NCBI RefSeq assembly: GCF_006345805.1
Contig: NW_021835059.1
Span: 1 to 42,904 of the forward strand
Length of the DNA stretch: 42,904 nt
Direction of reading: 5' to 3'
Origin: Octopus sinensis
Lineage: Eukaryota
The stretch's first letter is position 1; each line of letters opens with the position of its first letter. A program made the translations under genes and the position numbers. Shown piece after piece: positions 26,110 through 37,260 of the stretch. Under the pieces are notes generated by a model that was given only the letters and a program-made list of their open reading frames with translations, was not told where the DNA came from and did not search any database.

Positions 26110-26130
26110 GTTACAATTATTATAAAAGAG

Positions 26131-26775
26131 CTATCAAAATAATAAACAGCATCTGAACAACTCTGGACTCCTATAACAACTGAAGAGGTCACCCAGGCTC
26201 TGCAAAAACTAAGCAACTGGAAGTCACCCGGGCATGACAAGATCCCCAAATTCTGGTTAAAATATCTAACAAGAATAAATAAAATGCTGGCTGAGAAATT
26301 TAATGAAATACTAGCAGAGCCAGAGACAATGACTCATGGTAGAGAAAGCTATCCTATTTCGCAAATCCACTGAAACGGCAAACCCACAGAATTACAGACC
26401 GATCATAATACCTTTTTGTTCCAATTTTAGTTTGGATTTCAGTTGTTTTACAGCTTTTGTTGTTTCATCTTTTTCTTCGTAGTTGCTAGGTACTATGACT
26501 TCTTTTTTTGTATTTAAAGACTGAAACGAATTTTTTGTTTTGTTTGTGCTTTGTGACTATTTGTATCAATTTTCCTTGCTTCTGGAGAGAAGATAAGAAA
26601 GGAATACTATAGATGAGTTAGATTAATACTGAAAACAGAGTCCAATACGAAAAACAAGATAATAGGTATCAACACTCTAGCTGTCCCAGTGATAAGTTAC
26701 GGCTAAAATATTCTTAACTGGACTCAAAATGAACTAATCAAAGATAGAAAGGAAAACAAGAAAAATAATGACATA
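26131..26775 (+). mobile_element. rearranged R4/Dong-type LINE RT fragments
   Basis: 26160-26410 reads WTPITTEEVTQALQKLSNWKSPGHDKIPKFWLKYL...NPQNYRPI (RT N-terminus). 26581-26775 reads KIRKEYYR.VRLILKTE.NTKNKIIGINTLAVPVISY...NW (thumb region). About 165 bp of opposite compositional strand lies between them. Confidence 0.85.
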
Positions 26776-27274
26776 TTTTTAAGGCCTTTCGATAATCAAT
26801 CTAAGTCCTACTTTGAACACAGAACTTGTTACGGTTATCTCTACACATTTTCTGTAGAAATTATAGCCAGCACGGATTTTTGTTACGACGTTTCGTATCC
26901 GAGACGCCTGATGTAAGCAATGAGATCGAAGACGAAAAATAGGAAATGGACGTATATGCAATTATTTCAGGAGTTTTTGTCCCTTAATCAATACCCATCC
27001 AACCCATTAATCATCCATGAACACATTACTTTAAATAGCCACTAAATACAGCGGTGTAACGTTATTGGATTGGCCAATTTGACATATAAAACACATTCCT
27101 GGAAGCTGCTCCGTAGATTTTAATGACGTATCGGGAAATCGTATTTCGTTATGCAACCAGAATATGCTACGAGATATATTAAACATTGTTTTTCTATAAA
27201 TTAACCACAACATGCTACTTTATATTATATTGTGATTGCATAACAAAATGCGGTGTCCCTACACATCATTATCA

Positions 27275-27350
27275 GAACGTTGAGACGGTGGAAATGCCGC
27301 TAAGCATTTTGCATGGCGTGCTCACACTTCTGCCAGCTCACCACCGTCAA
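27275..27350 (-). mobile_element. type-A SINE head fragment
   Basis: Reverse complement is ggtggtgagctggcagaagtgtgagcacgccatgcaaaatgcttagcggcatttc. Confidence 0.7.
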
Positions 27351-27636
27351 TGTCTATAGTTTCTATTAAATCCTGTCAAGCAAAATCAATATTATGATGT
27401 TGTTGTTGTTTAACCCCAGGTCAACGTTGATGAAGCAAACCTGTGATGGAAGGCAGAGACCCCGAGATTACATTAACAAAAGGGTCCGTCTCTAAGACAA
27501 CCCGGTTATTTGTTCCAGATCTGTGCCATTTGAGGAGTTCAATTCCCGCCGAGGTAGCCTTTCTTCTTCTTCATTCTTCTGGATTCTAGATATATAAAGC
27601 ATCAATTAAATGCTGGGTATACTCTCTCTCTCTCTT

Positions 27637-27689
<53 letters not shown>

Positions 27690-28499
27690 TCTCTTTCGGT
27701 GCTTCAAGTCCTTCCCCACTATTTTGTAGACTTGCTAAGGATTGAGATTATTCAATCATATCCCAAAATTAATTGAATGTATATGAAACATCATTGAGAC
27801 GCTGTGCCGGTGGTTAAATAGATTTACTCCAATAAGAAAGAACGGTCATAAAATATAGAATATAAAGAAAAGAAGAAAGTATTTCAGTATGTTATGGCTG
27901 TGTCTGTTACGAGACTTCACACTTCAGTGTTTTTGGACATGAATTTGGTTCCAAACCATAGAATATGTTCACTCTTTTGACAACATAGTTTTTCTTACTT
28001 TTAAAATGTCTAGTCGGAACCGATGCAATTATAATCCCAAACCTCTCCCCCTTTCCTATCAGGGAAATCGCTTCCGTGAAAGATTATTGGTTCTATATTT
28101 ACGAAGGTTTTAAAGTAAATGTGACATATATCACTTAACATTGTCATAATTCAGTTAAGGAAAAACTATTTAGAATAAATAAAATATGCCCGGTCGTCTG
28201 TATGGTTTTACTCATTATTTTAAGATTAGGGTAACTAGGATGGGTCTCTTCCTCACGACATATAAACAGAATAATTGATCTGGAAAATGGAAGGAAAGTT
28301 CTAGACGGTTTCTGATTAATGTTTAAATGTAGTTTATTCAAAATTCAAATTCCATTTTAGCATTTTCTTTAATATAGAATTATTGTTCTTTCAAAGAATT
28401 ACGAGCCGAAGTAGCAAAGCAATAGATTAGTAAATATGAACTATATTGTGGCTGTATGCTAACATTTGGCTGCTATGAAAATGTTAAGCAATAAAAACA

Positions 28500-28904
28500 A
28501 CAATTCATTCGCCAACCAATGGCCGCATAACACATAAATATTTCACGTCAGCTTATCAACCAATGAAAAAGCTAGACGTAATCTTTGTTCGGCACGGTGT
28601 TACAGATGGGTTAATACATAGACGAACGTTGACAGTTATTGAGTCGTTAGAGGAGAATTGGCATTCTCTCCGCTAGTTCATAACATGACCACTTTGCCAA
28701 GGTCGTCAACTATATTTCTGGCGTTTATTGCAAAGTCAATTCTTCTCGTTCACTAATTTGTGTCGTGTTCGTTCGCCATTATTTATTGTCTGAGCCAGTC
28801 ACAGCCTGCGGCAAGCACCATTGCCAGCAAAAGTGTTGCTATGCTCTCGGCTATATAACATCGACTTTACTGCATAGAGTTGTGACAGAAGATAGGAAAA
28901 TCGA
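28500..28904 (+). promoter_or_regulatory. possible promoter / first exon
   Basis: Non-repetitive, CpG-containing stretch with two CCAAT boxes (~28516, ~28560), CRE-like cacgtca and gacgtaa, ctatataa at 28851, and a donor CGA|gtaagc at 28904. All motifs are short and could be chance. Confidence 0.2.
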
Positions 28905-29051
28905 GTAAGCAGACGATAGATCAAAATGAAATGAAGTGGTTATTACTTGAATGAAGCCATATTTTATATTTTATCGGAAAAGTTGAAGTAAAATTGGAAC
29001 ATACTTTTAGAAACATAAATATCTCAAAATCATATAATACATATAAGCAAA

Positions 29052-29145
<94 letters not shown>

Positions 29146-29218
29146 GACAGAGAGAGAGACAGAGAAAGAGAGAGAGAGAGACAGAGATCTATGCATACAT
29201 ATATACAAACACATACCT

Positions 29219-29281
<63 letters not shown>

Positions 29282-29315
29282 ATACATATATCTATATATA
29301 CATAAATACTGATAC

Positions 29316-29354
<39 letters not shown>

Positions 29355-29380
29355 TATATATATATATACATATATAAAAC
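29052..29380. repeat. compound (TA)/(GA)/(GACA)/(CA) microsatellite
   Basis: Directly visible. Confidence 0.95.
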
Positions 29381-29663
29381 TATATACACACATTTTGCCG
29401 CTTCTCCGAGCACCAAAAGATGAACTAATTGCGAGCTTCCAAAGATGCGTCTTACTTTTCATTAGTGAACATTGGTCACATGTTGAAGGTGGTAGACTTG
29501 TGTGATCTCTTTTGTACAACAAGTTGACATTGAATAACACAAACGTTACTGGCCTGCTCTATATCTTATTACTTACACCAATGACCGGTCGTTTGCAAGG
29601 ATGTTTCAATACATACAGTTTCCTATCTTGTTCTTTTATATTTTACATTATTGCATTTCTCAG

Positions 29664-29774
29664 CTTGGTTGCATCTTTCGAATCAATTTGACTCTTGTAT
29701 CAATTATACTCTAAGTTAAAGAAATATTGCCAGTTCCATTTTGCTACAACTTCCAGACGCTCTTAGATACACAG
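29664..29774 (+). other. candidate non-coding (5' UTR) exon, 111 nt
   Basis: Long T-rich tract ending atttctcag| and consensus donor CAG|gtaaga; stops in all three frames. Confidence 0.3.
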
Positions 29775-30863
29775 GTAAGATATATTTTATTTCTAGATCA
29801 AAAGGATTGGATATACTAATTATAGCTATTTTAAAATTTTAACTCTGTTCGCCCTAAATAGTGGTTTGTGCTACAAACGTGGGATGGTATATTCCTTCTA
29901 TACAGTAACATTGGGGGGGGGGGATAATTTGCCACAGGATGGACAAGACATGATTCTGCTGAAAATTGCATTTTTGCGGTTAGTTTGGTTTGTTGTATTA
30001 TCATCCATGTCGTAATTTATGTAGCAAAATAGGTTTTCTCCATGCGCTTCAATGCTGAAAGTTAGTTCCTTTTTTAATTATTTATTTCTCAAATAGAAAA
30101 AATCGTAAAGCCGACAAATTTGTAAACGTCAGTGCCACCGAATCTTTCTATCGAAAACCTTCCTGTTTGGTCTAAAAGGAGCCACCATATAACACGAGAG
30201 ACCTCCTGAAATGCATCATTCGTCTCTTATATGTCTCACCAATGTTATTAAATACCTTACTGAATTGTAAGGCTTTTGGGAGTAAAGGAGGAAAGATTTT
30301 GCGATTGTGGAATTCAACAGAAAAAAATTGAACCTTATTCTTAATAAACCAAAAAATATGAAAACTTTCGTTGCCATTTCTGACTATAACAAATTGTGAA
30401 TTTGGCCGGCAGCGATGGCACCTCACTACGCATGGAGCCAACATCTGTTGGGATCATGCTTACGAAGTAGGACCTCATATTGATGTTTCTCACTCAAAAA
30501 CATTTAAATATTAAAATCCACCATTCCATTTCTTTTTCCCATTTACAATTATTATTATACAAAACTCTAAAACAATTTTTTGCTTAAATTCACCGATAAT
30601 ATACTTATTCATCAGTTTACTGTGGAGATATTGCTCTGAACAATTAGTGTAGTGTACTTGAAGTGAAATATCGTTTTGATAGAGAAAAATTGTTCCAAAG
30701 CCATTGCGGTGCAAATTGAAATATAAAAAGTAAAGACAGAAATAAGGAAGGCAAAAAGAAGGGTTTATACTTTAGCTTGTATTTTTGTATTTTGGAGTTA
30801 ATACCTCCTTGCCAGAAGAAAAGGGAGGATGGGGTCGAAGTGGTGGGTTTTTTCTGTCAATAG

Positions 30864-31015
30864 ACGAGAATTCTGCGAGCCAAATTGGTTATTGTAGCAT
30901 TACCATTCAGCGCATGTCACAATCCCTTCCTATGCATATGCACCCAAGATACCAGCTCGATAACATTTACCAATTTTATCTTGTAGAGATTATCAACCCT
31001 GAAATATTGAAACAA
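30864..31015 (+). CDS. candidate exon of an unidentified plus-strand gene
   Basis: Acceptor ttttttctgtcaatag| (alternative ttttatcttgtag| at 30986), open frame ...MSQSLPMHMHPRYQLDNIYQFYLVEIINPEILKQ, donor CAA|gtaaga. Followed by a 62-nt intron-like segment that is almost all pyrimidine tract ending tgcag. Confidence 0.33.
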
Positions 31016-31077
31016 GTAAGATGTAAATTGTTGCTTTATCTTCCTTCTCTTTTGCGCTCCTTTCTTTTAATCTGCAG

Positions 31078-31135
31078 TCTATTGACTTTTACGTGTGTAT
31101 AGAGGACAAAGACTATGGAACATGCCTTCTCGATC
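31078..31135 (+). CDS. candidate 58-nt exon (phase 0 to 1)
   Basis: Strong acceptor ctcctttcttttaatctgcag|, in frame with the previous exon: SIDFYVCIEDKDYGTCLLD, donor ATC|gtaaat. Without splicing the frame stays open to a TAG at ~31236. Confidence 0.33.
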
Positions 31136-31385
31136 GTAAATTCATGTGTGACAGAACGCTTTGCAATGGCCCATTGAGGGACCAGTTAACTGTCTGTACT
31201 CACATCAACGTCCAGATGGACTTATCCCACAATTAGACTTATAAATGAATATTTTTGCTTGTTTATTTTATTCTACGAGTAATAAATTCAAATGTACCTC
31301 ATTATATTACTGGTATATATTTCATCCCATGTGCGGAATTAATGACTTCAAAGATATTCAAGGCGCAATTTAAATCACACACACA

Positions 31386-31455
<70 letters not shown>

Positions 31456-31518
31456 TTATTTATTTATAAAATGTTGTTGAAGAGGAGATAACCACTCTCA
31501 AATGTATGTATCCAACAG

Positions 31519-31636
31519 TCTGGTTAAGCGGTGAAGTGACTCAGTATGATTTCATCTGTCAACAGCGAGAAATTTTCTCCAACCCAATGAATGACTTTCC
31601 TTCGGGTTCCAGTATGCCTCAGCCATATATGAACTG
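31519..31636 (+). CDS. candidate 118-nt exon (phase 1 to 2)
   Basis: ccaacag| ... CTG|gtaaca; open frame WLSGEVTQYDFICQQREIFSNPMNDFPSGSSMPQPYMN; phase matches 31078-31135; weak pyrimidine tract. Confidence 0.28.
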
Positions 31637-31794
31637 GTAACAAATTTGCATATATATATAATTAAACAGCCGAAATCTGCGATGAGGGAACAGTTTCTGA
31701 CTGAAGAATGAAGGCTTTGAATGACCCGTTTGTCTTTTTGTTCGTCCCTTCGTGTATTTCATGTTATTTATTTATGTAAAGGTTTATTATGTAT

Positions 31795-31820
31795 ACGTAT
31801 ATGTATATGTATATGTATAT

Positions 31821-31862
<42 letters not shown>

Positions 31863-31905
31863 ATATATATTATATATACATATATATATATATATATATA
31901 ATATA

Positions 31906-31963
<58 letters not shown>

Positions 31964-32045
31964 CATATATATATACATATATGTATATATATATATATAT
32001 GTGTGTGTGTGTATGTATGTATATATGTATATGTGTATGCATATT
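31795..32045. repeat. imperfect (TA)n / (TG)n microsatellite
   Basis: Directly visible. Confidence 0.95.
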
Positions 32046-33948
32046 ACTAATATGTATATACAGTCACTTAGTTCGGTGTTCTATCGTTTCATTAGTGGTG
32101 TCTGCTCTGTTGCAAGCATTTGGATTGTCTTCGGTCTTAGAATAACTTCGTTCCTTCCACCAGTTTAGGAGGCCTAGAACATAGTCAAGGGCGCTGCTGT
32201 TGCTCCACAGAATGATTAGTAAAAGACGGAAAGAGAGAGAGAGAGGGTGTGAGGGTGAGAGAGAGTGTGAGTGTGTGTGTGTGTAAGTGATACAACTGGG
32301 ATTAATGTTTTAAGTAGTATTATTTGGCTTAAGTCATTAATGCTAACGAGAAAAATATAATAGCCACAACTTCCCATATTTTAAGCGTTCGACTTAACAG
32401 ATTTTATATATCCATGAAAGACATATTCCATTATATTTTTTATTTGTTTGCGATTTTAATTCATATTTTTGTCTTACCTCCGCCCTAACCCTTTCACCCT
32501 CCCCTCTGTCCACTCTTCCTCTCTTCTCTCTCCCTCTCTCCCCTCCTCCTTCCCCCTCATCTCTCCACCGTCTCCCCCCCTCTCTCTACTATGTTTTCTA
32601 TTTGCTCTGTTAACCCAGTTCTCGTATTTATCTACATATTATTTCAGATTCCCTTATCTGAAGGGAAACCATACCGAGAATAAAACAGACCCCAAAATTC
32701 AATATTATTCCCTAAAAAAAAAAGTAAGAAAAGCACAAAACAAACCCGGAATATTTCCGAGTGCTAAAGTAATTAGCTAATCACTCATTAACTCTGACTC
32801 ATAACTCCATCACATTAATTCTGCTAAATTGCTGCAGATTAAAATAAAATGATCGATTATAACAATTATATTTTCAACATTGCAATCTAATTTTTCCCAA
32901 TCATTTTTTTCTTCTTATCCTTCTCCATAAACAGTTACTTTCTCTATTTTCCCTCTTATTTTTAATTTCGTTTTTATTGTTTTTAATTATTGACATGGAA
33001 TTTAAGGTTATTATATGCATACATGGCCATTTTGGTTTCGGAGATAGAATCGGTCTTATTAAAATCGCATAATATTTTCAAGAGATATCGTTCGCTTGAT
33101 ATTCTCATATTTCATTAATTAGAAATGGTTTCCCATTTCTGGCGAATTCATACCAAATTGAAAACATTTCTCTTTTATAGATTCAAAACTATGAATGAAG
33201 TAATTTCATTGTTAAATTCTTTGTTTTTACAAAGAATTATAACAAAGCAAGATGTAGCAGCTGTAATGGGACATTTTTAGCACATTTTCTAACGAGAAAC
33301 TAAAACTTTTAAGAGAATTTGATGAATTTTATTAACGGCTGGAATAAAGTTTGGCATCGGTTGTTTCTGCATTTAAATGGAATTGGCACAAATAAATAAG
33401 GCAATAAATTGGTTGGACTGGTTCTGAAAACAATCAAAAGTTGTTGTTGTTGTTGTTGTTGTTCTTGCTGTTGTTGTTGTTGTTGTTGTTTTTGATTAAC
33501 CCCAGATCAGACTTGATTTAGCAGACAACCGATGATCAAACACATTCCTAATATGACCATCACGTCTTTTCCTTATAAGTAGGGAACCCAGAACGACATT
33601 ATCTAATTTTTCCGTTTCTCTGACTGTTGGTTATAATTGGAGGGAGATTTGGCTGCTATTTTAGCAGATTAAATGACCATGTACAGACTACATCGCTGGT
33701 TTACGGATCTGTTTACACACACACATAACACATTCATAAGCACACACACACATACATTTACACATGCATACACACGCAGAACCCCCCACCCCCAACCCCC
33801 GCCCCACACACACTCATATAAATTCACACATGCACACACAAACACACTCAGCTTAAGAGGGAAGATGTAAAAAAAAAACACGGCTAGCCACGTAAAAATT
33901 ATACAAAAAAGAACCTACAAAAAGAGATTAAACGGAAACCTGACTTAC

Positions 33949-34051
33949 TAGAAATAATAGCCAAATACCTCTCATAGTATATTCAAATTTTGTAACAGAA
34001 TAGAATGCATTAGATAATGTAGACCAAGGTTGACCATGCCCCAGTGACAAT
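33949..34051 (-). CDS. isolated candidate exon (phase 2 to 0)
   Basis: Acceptor ctttgtgttgtttcgccccag|, donor CTA|gtaagt, single open frame LSLGHGQPWSTLSNAFYSVTKFEYTMRGIWLLFL. Not linked to other exons. Confidence 0.22.
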
Positions 34052-34285
34052 CTGGGGCGAAACAACACAAAGTACAGGCCCAAAAATGAGGCCAAGAGTG
34101 ACTTAGCCACCAATGGAATGTGTGCACTATTGCTACCTCCGCCGCCGCCACTAGTTCTACCACCACTACTACGCCACCACCACCACCACCACCACCACAA
34201 CCACCACCATTATTAGTAGCACCACTAAAAATATTTCTAGTTAATAAAAATTTTGTAGCATAATTATGTGTGTGTGTGTGTGTGT

Positions 34286-34331
<46 letters not shown>

Positions 34332-35439
34332 CATATGCAATAGTCAATAGATAAACATGGATGCATTCCAATATATACGTATACAGATTCGCCCAGACAT
34401 GTACACACGCAGATACACATCGGCACAGATAAACACACACTCACATGTACCTGCATACACACATATTTGAACATGAGCAAACATCATATATTAGTTCAAG
34501 TTCGTAACCATGGATACTACCATTATCCCTACCCTGTAACCATGGATACCTTCCAGGAACCCAACCTCATGAACACAACTGTAATAATTATCCTTAGATT
34601 GTTCTCTCCTTGAACCGGACGACACTCGAAACAAACAAAATAGCTTTTCGAGTGAGACTGTTTCTGTTTATGTAAGCATCTTTTCATCTGGTCTGTTTCG
34701 TTGTGTGCGTGCGCCCGCGCGCCCGCGCGCGCGTGTGTGTGTGTGTGTGTGTATGTGTGTGTGTGCGTGTGTGTGTGTATGTGTGTGTGTGTGTGCGTGT
34801 GTGTGTGTGTGTACACAGACAGACATAAAGACCTTGAACGAAGCAGGACAGAAAATTACGCCCGGTTGCACATGCAACTGCCCATACTCGGTGCGTTGGA
34901 AACACGTGTAGGTATTCGTAATCAAAAAGAAATTATGTTGTATGATATTGTGAAATAAAAGGAAATAAAATCAGGATGTACCAGTCTCCGTATCTCTCGT
35001 TATAATTATTGCAAATATACACTCCAGATAAAATTACCATTCAGTGAAGCGAACACGGAATTACCCAGAAGAGGAATCTACAGCGTGAGTGACGACTCCC
35101 AGTATTCATAGACGTTAATTACTAATCGATGCGGTTAACCGTAAACGGGAACATAATTGAGAGCTACCACAGTATCTACCCGGATAATATTTCCTTCATT
35201 TTAATATGTGTATCTGTGTGTGTATTACGGTATGGACCAGATAATTGCATGTTGTTATATATCGCTGGTCACAATGCACTTTACATTGTTTTAATTTTCG
35301 AGCAGGCCAGTATTCTCGCCGCCTCTTATTGGAAGACTGCTCAAGAACATAACGCGCCGCCCCATCAGGGAATGCAATCCATGACCTAAGCAACCGTGAC
35401 TGCAACATCCCAGCCACCAAGCCAAATATATAACATATA

Positions 35440-35483
<44 letters not shown>

Positions 35484-35486
<3 letters not shown>

Positions 35487-35640
35487 TTTCTCTCTCTGTG
35501 TATCTTTCTGTTGAAGAGCGTAGGCTCGAAACGTTAAAGACTTGTTTTATTTATATTTCCTGAGCGCCATACTAATACAATTGTTCGTTTGTTTTCCACC
35601 TGCCTTCGTCTTTTGTTTATTTTCATAAAGCTTCCCGTTA
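35484..35640 (-). mobile_element. short Penelope-type terminal-repeat element, copy 2
   Basis: Near-identical inverted copy of 11771-11925; flanked by (TA)n on both sides. Confidence 0.65.
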
Positions 35641-35687
35641 TATATATATATATATATATATAGGCATATACACACATACACACATCG

Positions 35688-35965
35688 TGGCACTCCGTCG
35701 GTTACGACGACGAGGGTTCCAGTGGATCCGACCAACGGAACAGCCTGCTCGTTAAATTAACGTGCAAGTGGCTGAGTACTCCACAGACACGTGTATCTTT
35801 AACGGAGTTCTCGAGGAGATTCACCGTGACACAGAGTGTAACAAGGCTGGCCCTTTGAAATAGAGGTACGACAGAAACAGGATGAAAGAGTGAGAGAAAG
35901 TTGTGGTGAAAGAATACAGCAGGTTCGCGAATCCGCGCCCTAACCACTGGGCCATTGCGCCTCCA
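35688..35965 (-). mobile_element. tRNA-derived SINE (type C) apparently lacking its B-box region
   Basis: The minus strand starts TGGAGGCGCAATGGCCCAGTGGTTAGGGCG (A-box) and passes directly into the body (gcgaacctgctgtattctttcaccacaac...cgtcgtaaccgacggagtgcca) with no GTTCGA-type B-box. Confidence 0.7.
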
Positions 35966-36154
35966 TATATATTTATAGACTGCATGTATGCATGTATGTA
36001 TGCATGGTATGTATGTATGTATGCCTGGTGTGTGTGTATGTATGTATGTGTGTATTTATGTACCACAATTGGCGAATACAACATACATGTGAAATAGGTG
36101 ACCAAAATGTTGTTAGCGAGACCTCTGTGTAGTGGTCAGTCTGTCATTTCATTA

Positions 36155-36385
36155 GGCGGCGAACTGGCTGAAACATTAGCACGCCGGGCGAAATGCGTAG
36201 CCGTATTTCGTCTGCCGTTACGTTCTGGGTTCAAATTCCGCCGAGGTCGACTTTGCCTTTCATCCTTTCGGGGTCGATAAATTAAGTACCAGTTACGCAC
36301 TGGGGTCGATGTAATCGATTTAATCCGTTTGTCTGTCCTTGTTTGTCCCCTCTGTGTTTAGCCCCTTGTGGGTAGTAAAGAAATA
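36155..36385 (+). mobile_element. full-length-looking type-A tRNA-derived SINE
   Basis: Head GGCGGCGAACTGGCTGAAAC (A-box-like), B-box-like GGTTCAAATTCC, conserved core, tail ...gccccttgtgggtagtaaagaaata. Confidence 0.9.
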
Positions 36386-37199
36386 CATTTCAGACTTGGA
36401 CTGTCTCAAGAAATGAAACAACAACAACAACAACAATCCAAGTTTATTTTCTGAAACTGCAAAAATGTGTGTTGCTTGAATCTTTTATGAAAAAGAAAAT
36501 ACAGGAAGTCGGCAGGAAAATTCATTATTTTCTTCTAATTGTGAAAACAATATTTCTGAAAATGTATTGCAAAGTTCAACGGGATTCTGAATGAAGCTGG
36601 ACTTCAATTCACCAACGCAATCTTTTCAACACAATTAAAAAACTTGTATTAATACATTATCTTCTCTCTCTCGCTCTCTTCTCTTTCTATATACACATAC
36701 AGCATACATATATACACACATATATACATGTATAGTCATATATACAATTTTTATGAACGTGCACCTGTATATGTCTGTTCACTTACACTCACGTACTCAC
36801 TCATGTGTATGTATGAGGTGTGTGTACGTAGGCTGGTGTGTTGATATATGTATGCGTATATATGGGCGTATGTATGAAGTCATTGTCGAGGTAACTACTT
36901 TTCCATTACTTGTATGTATATGTATATATATATATATAGCTGTATATAATTATGTATGTATACGTATACACACACACACACACACGTACAAACAAACACA
37001 CACACACACGTACACACAAACACACACACATATCTATATACATATACACATATCATTCTATGAATGCTAGTCCGGTGCTAAATTTCAAGTCATTATACAG
37101 CAGCGATCTTTAATAAAACTAATCATGTTATTTACTCTGAATATTTATCCTACTTGACACTCGGAGGTCATATTTTCCCTGGCAATCATTGTAGCACAA

Positions 37200-37260
<61 letters not shown>

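Noticed and set aside
36155-36385. tRNA-like A and B boxes suggesting a tRNA gene
   Set aside because: No cloverleaf is apparent, and the boxes run into the shared SINE core found in several copies.
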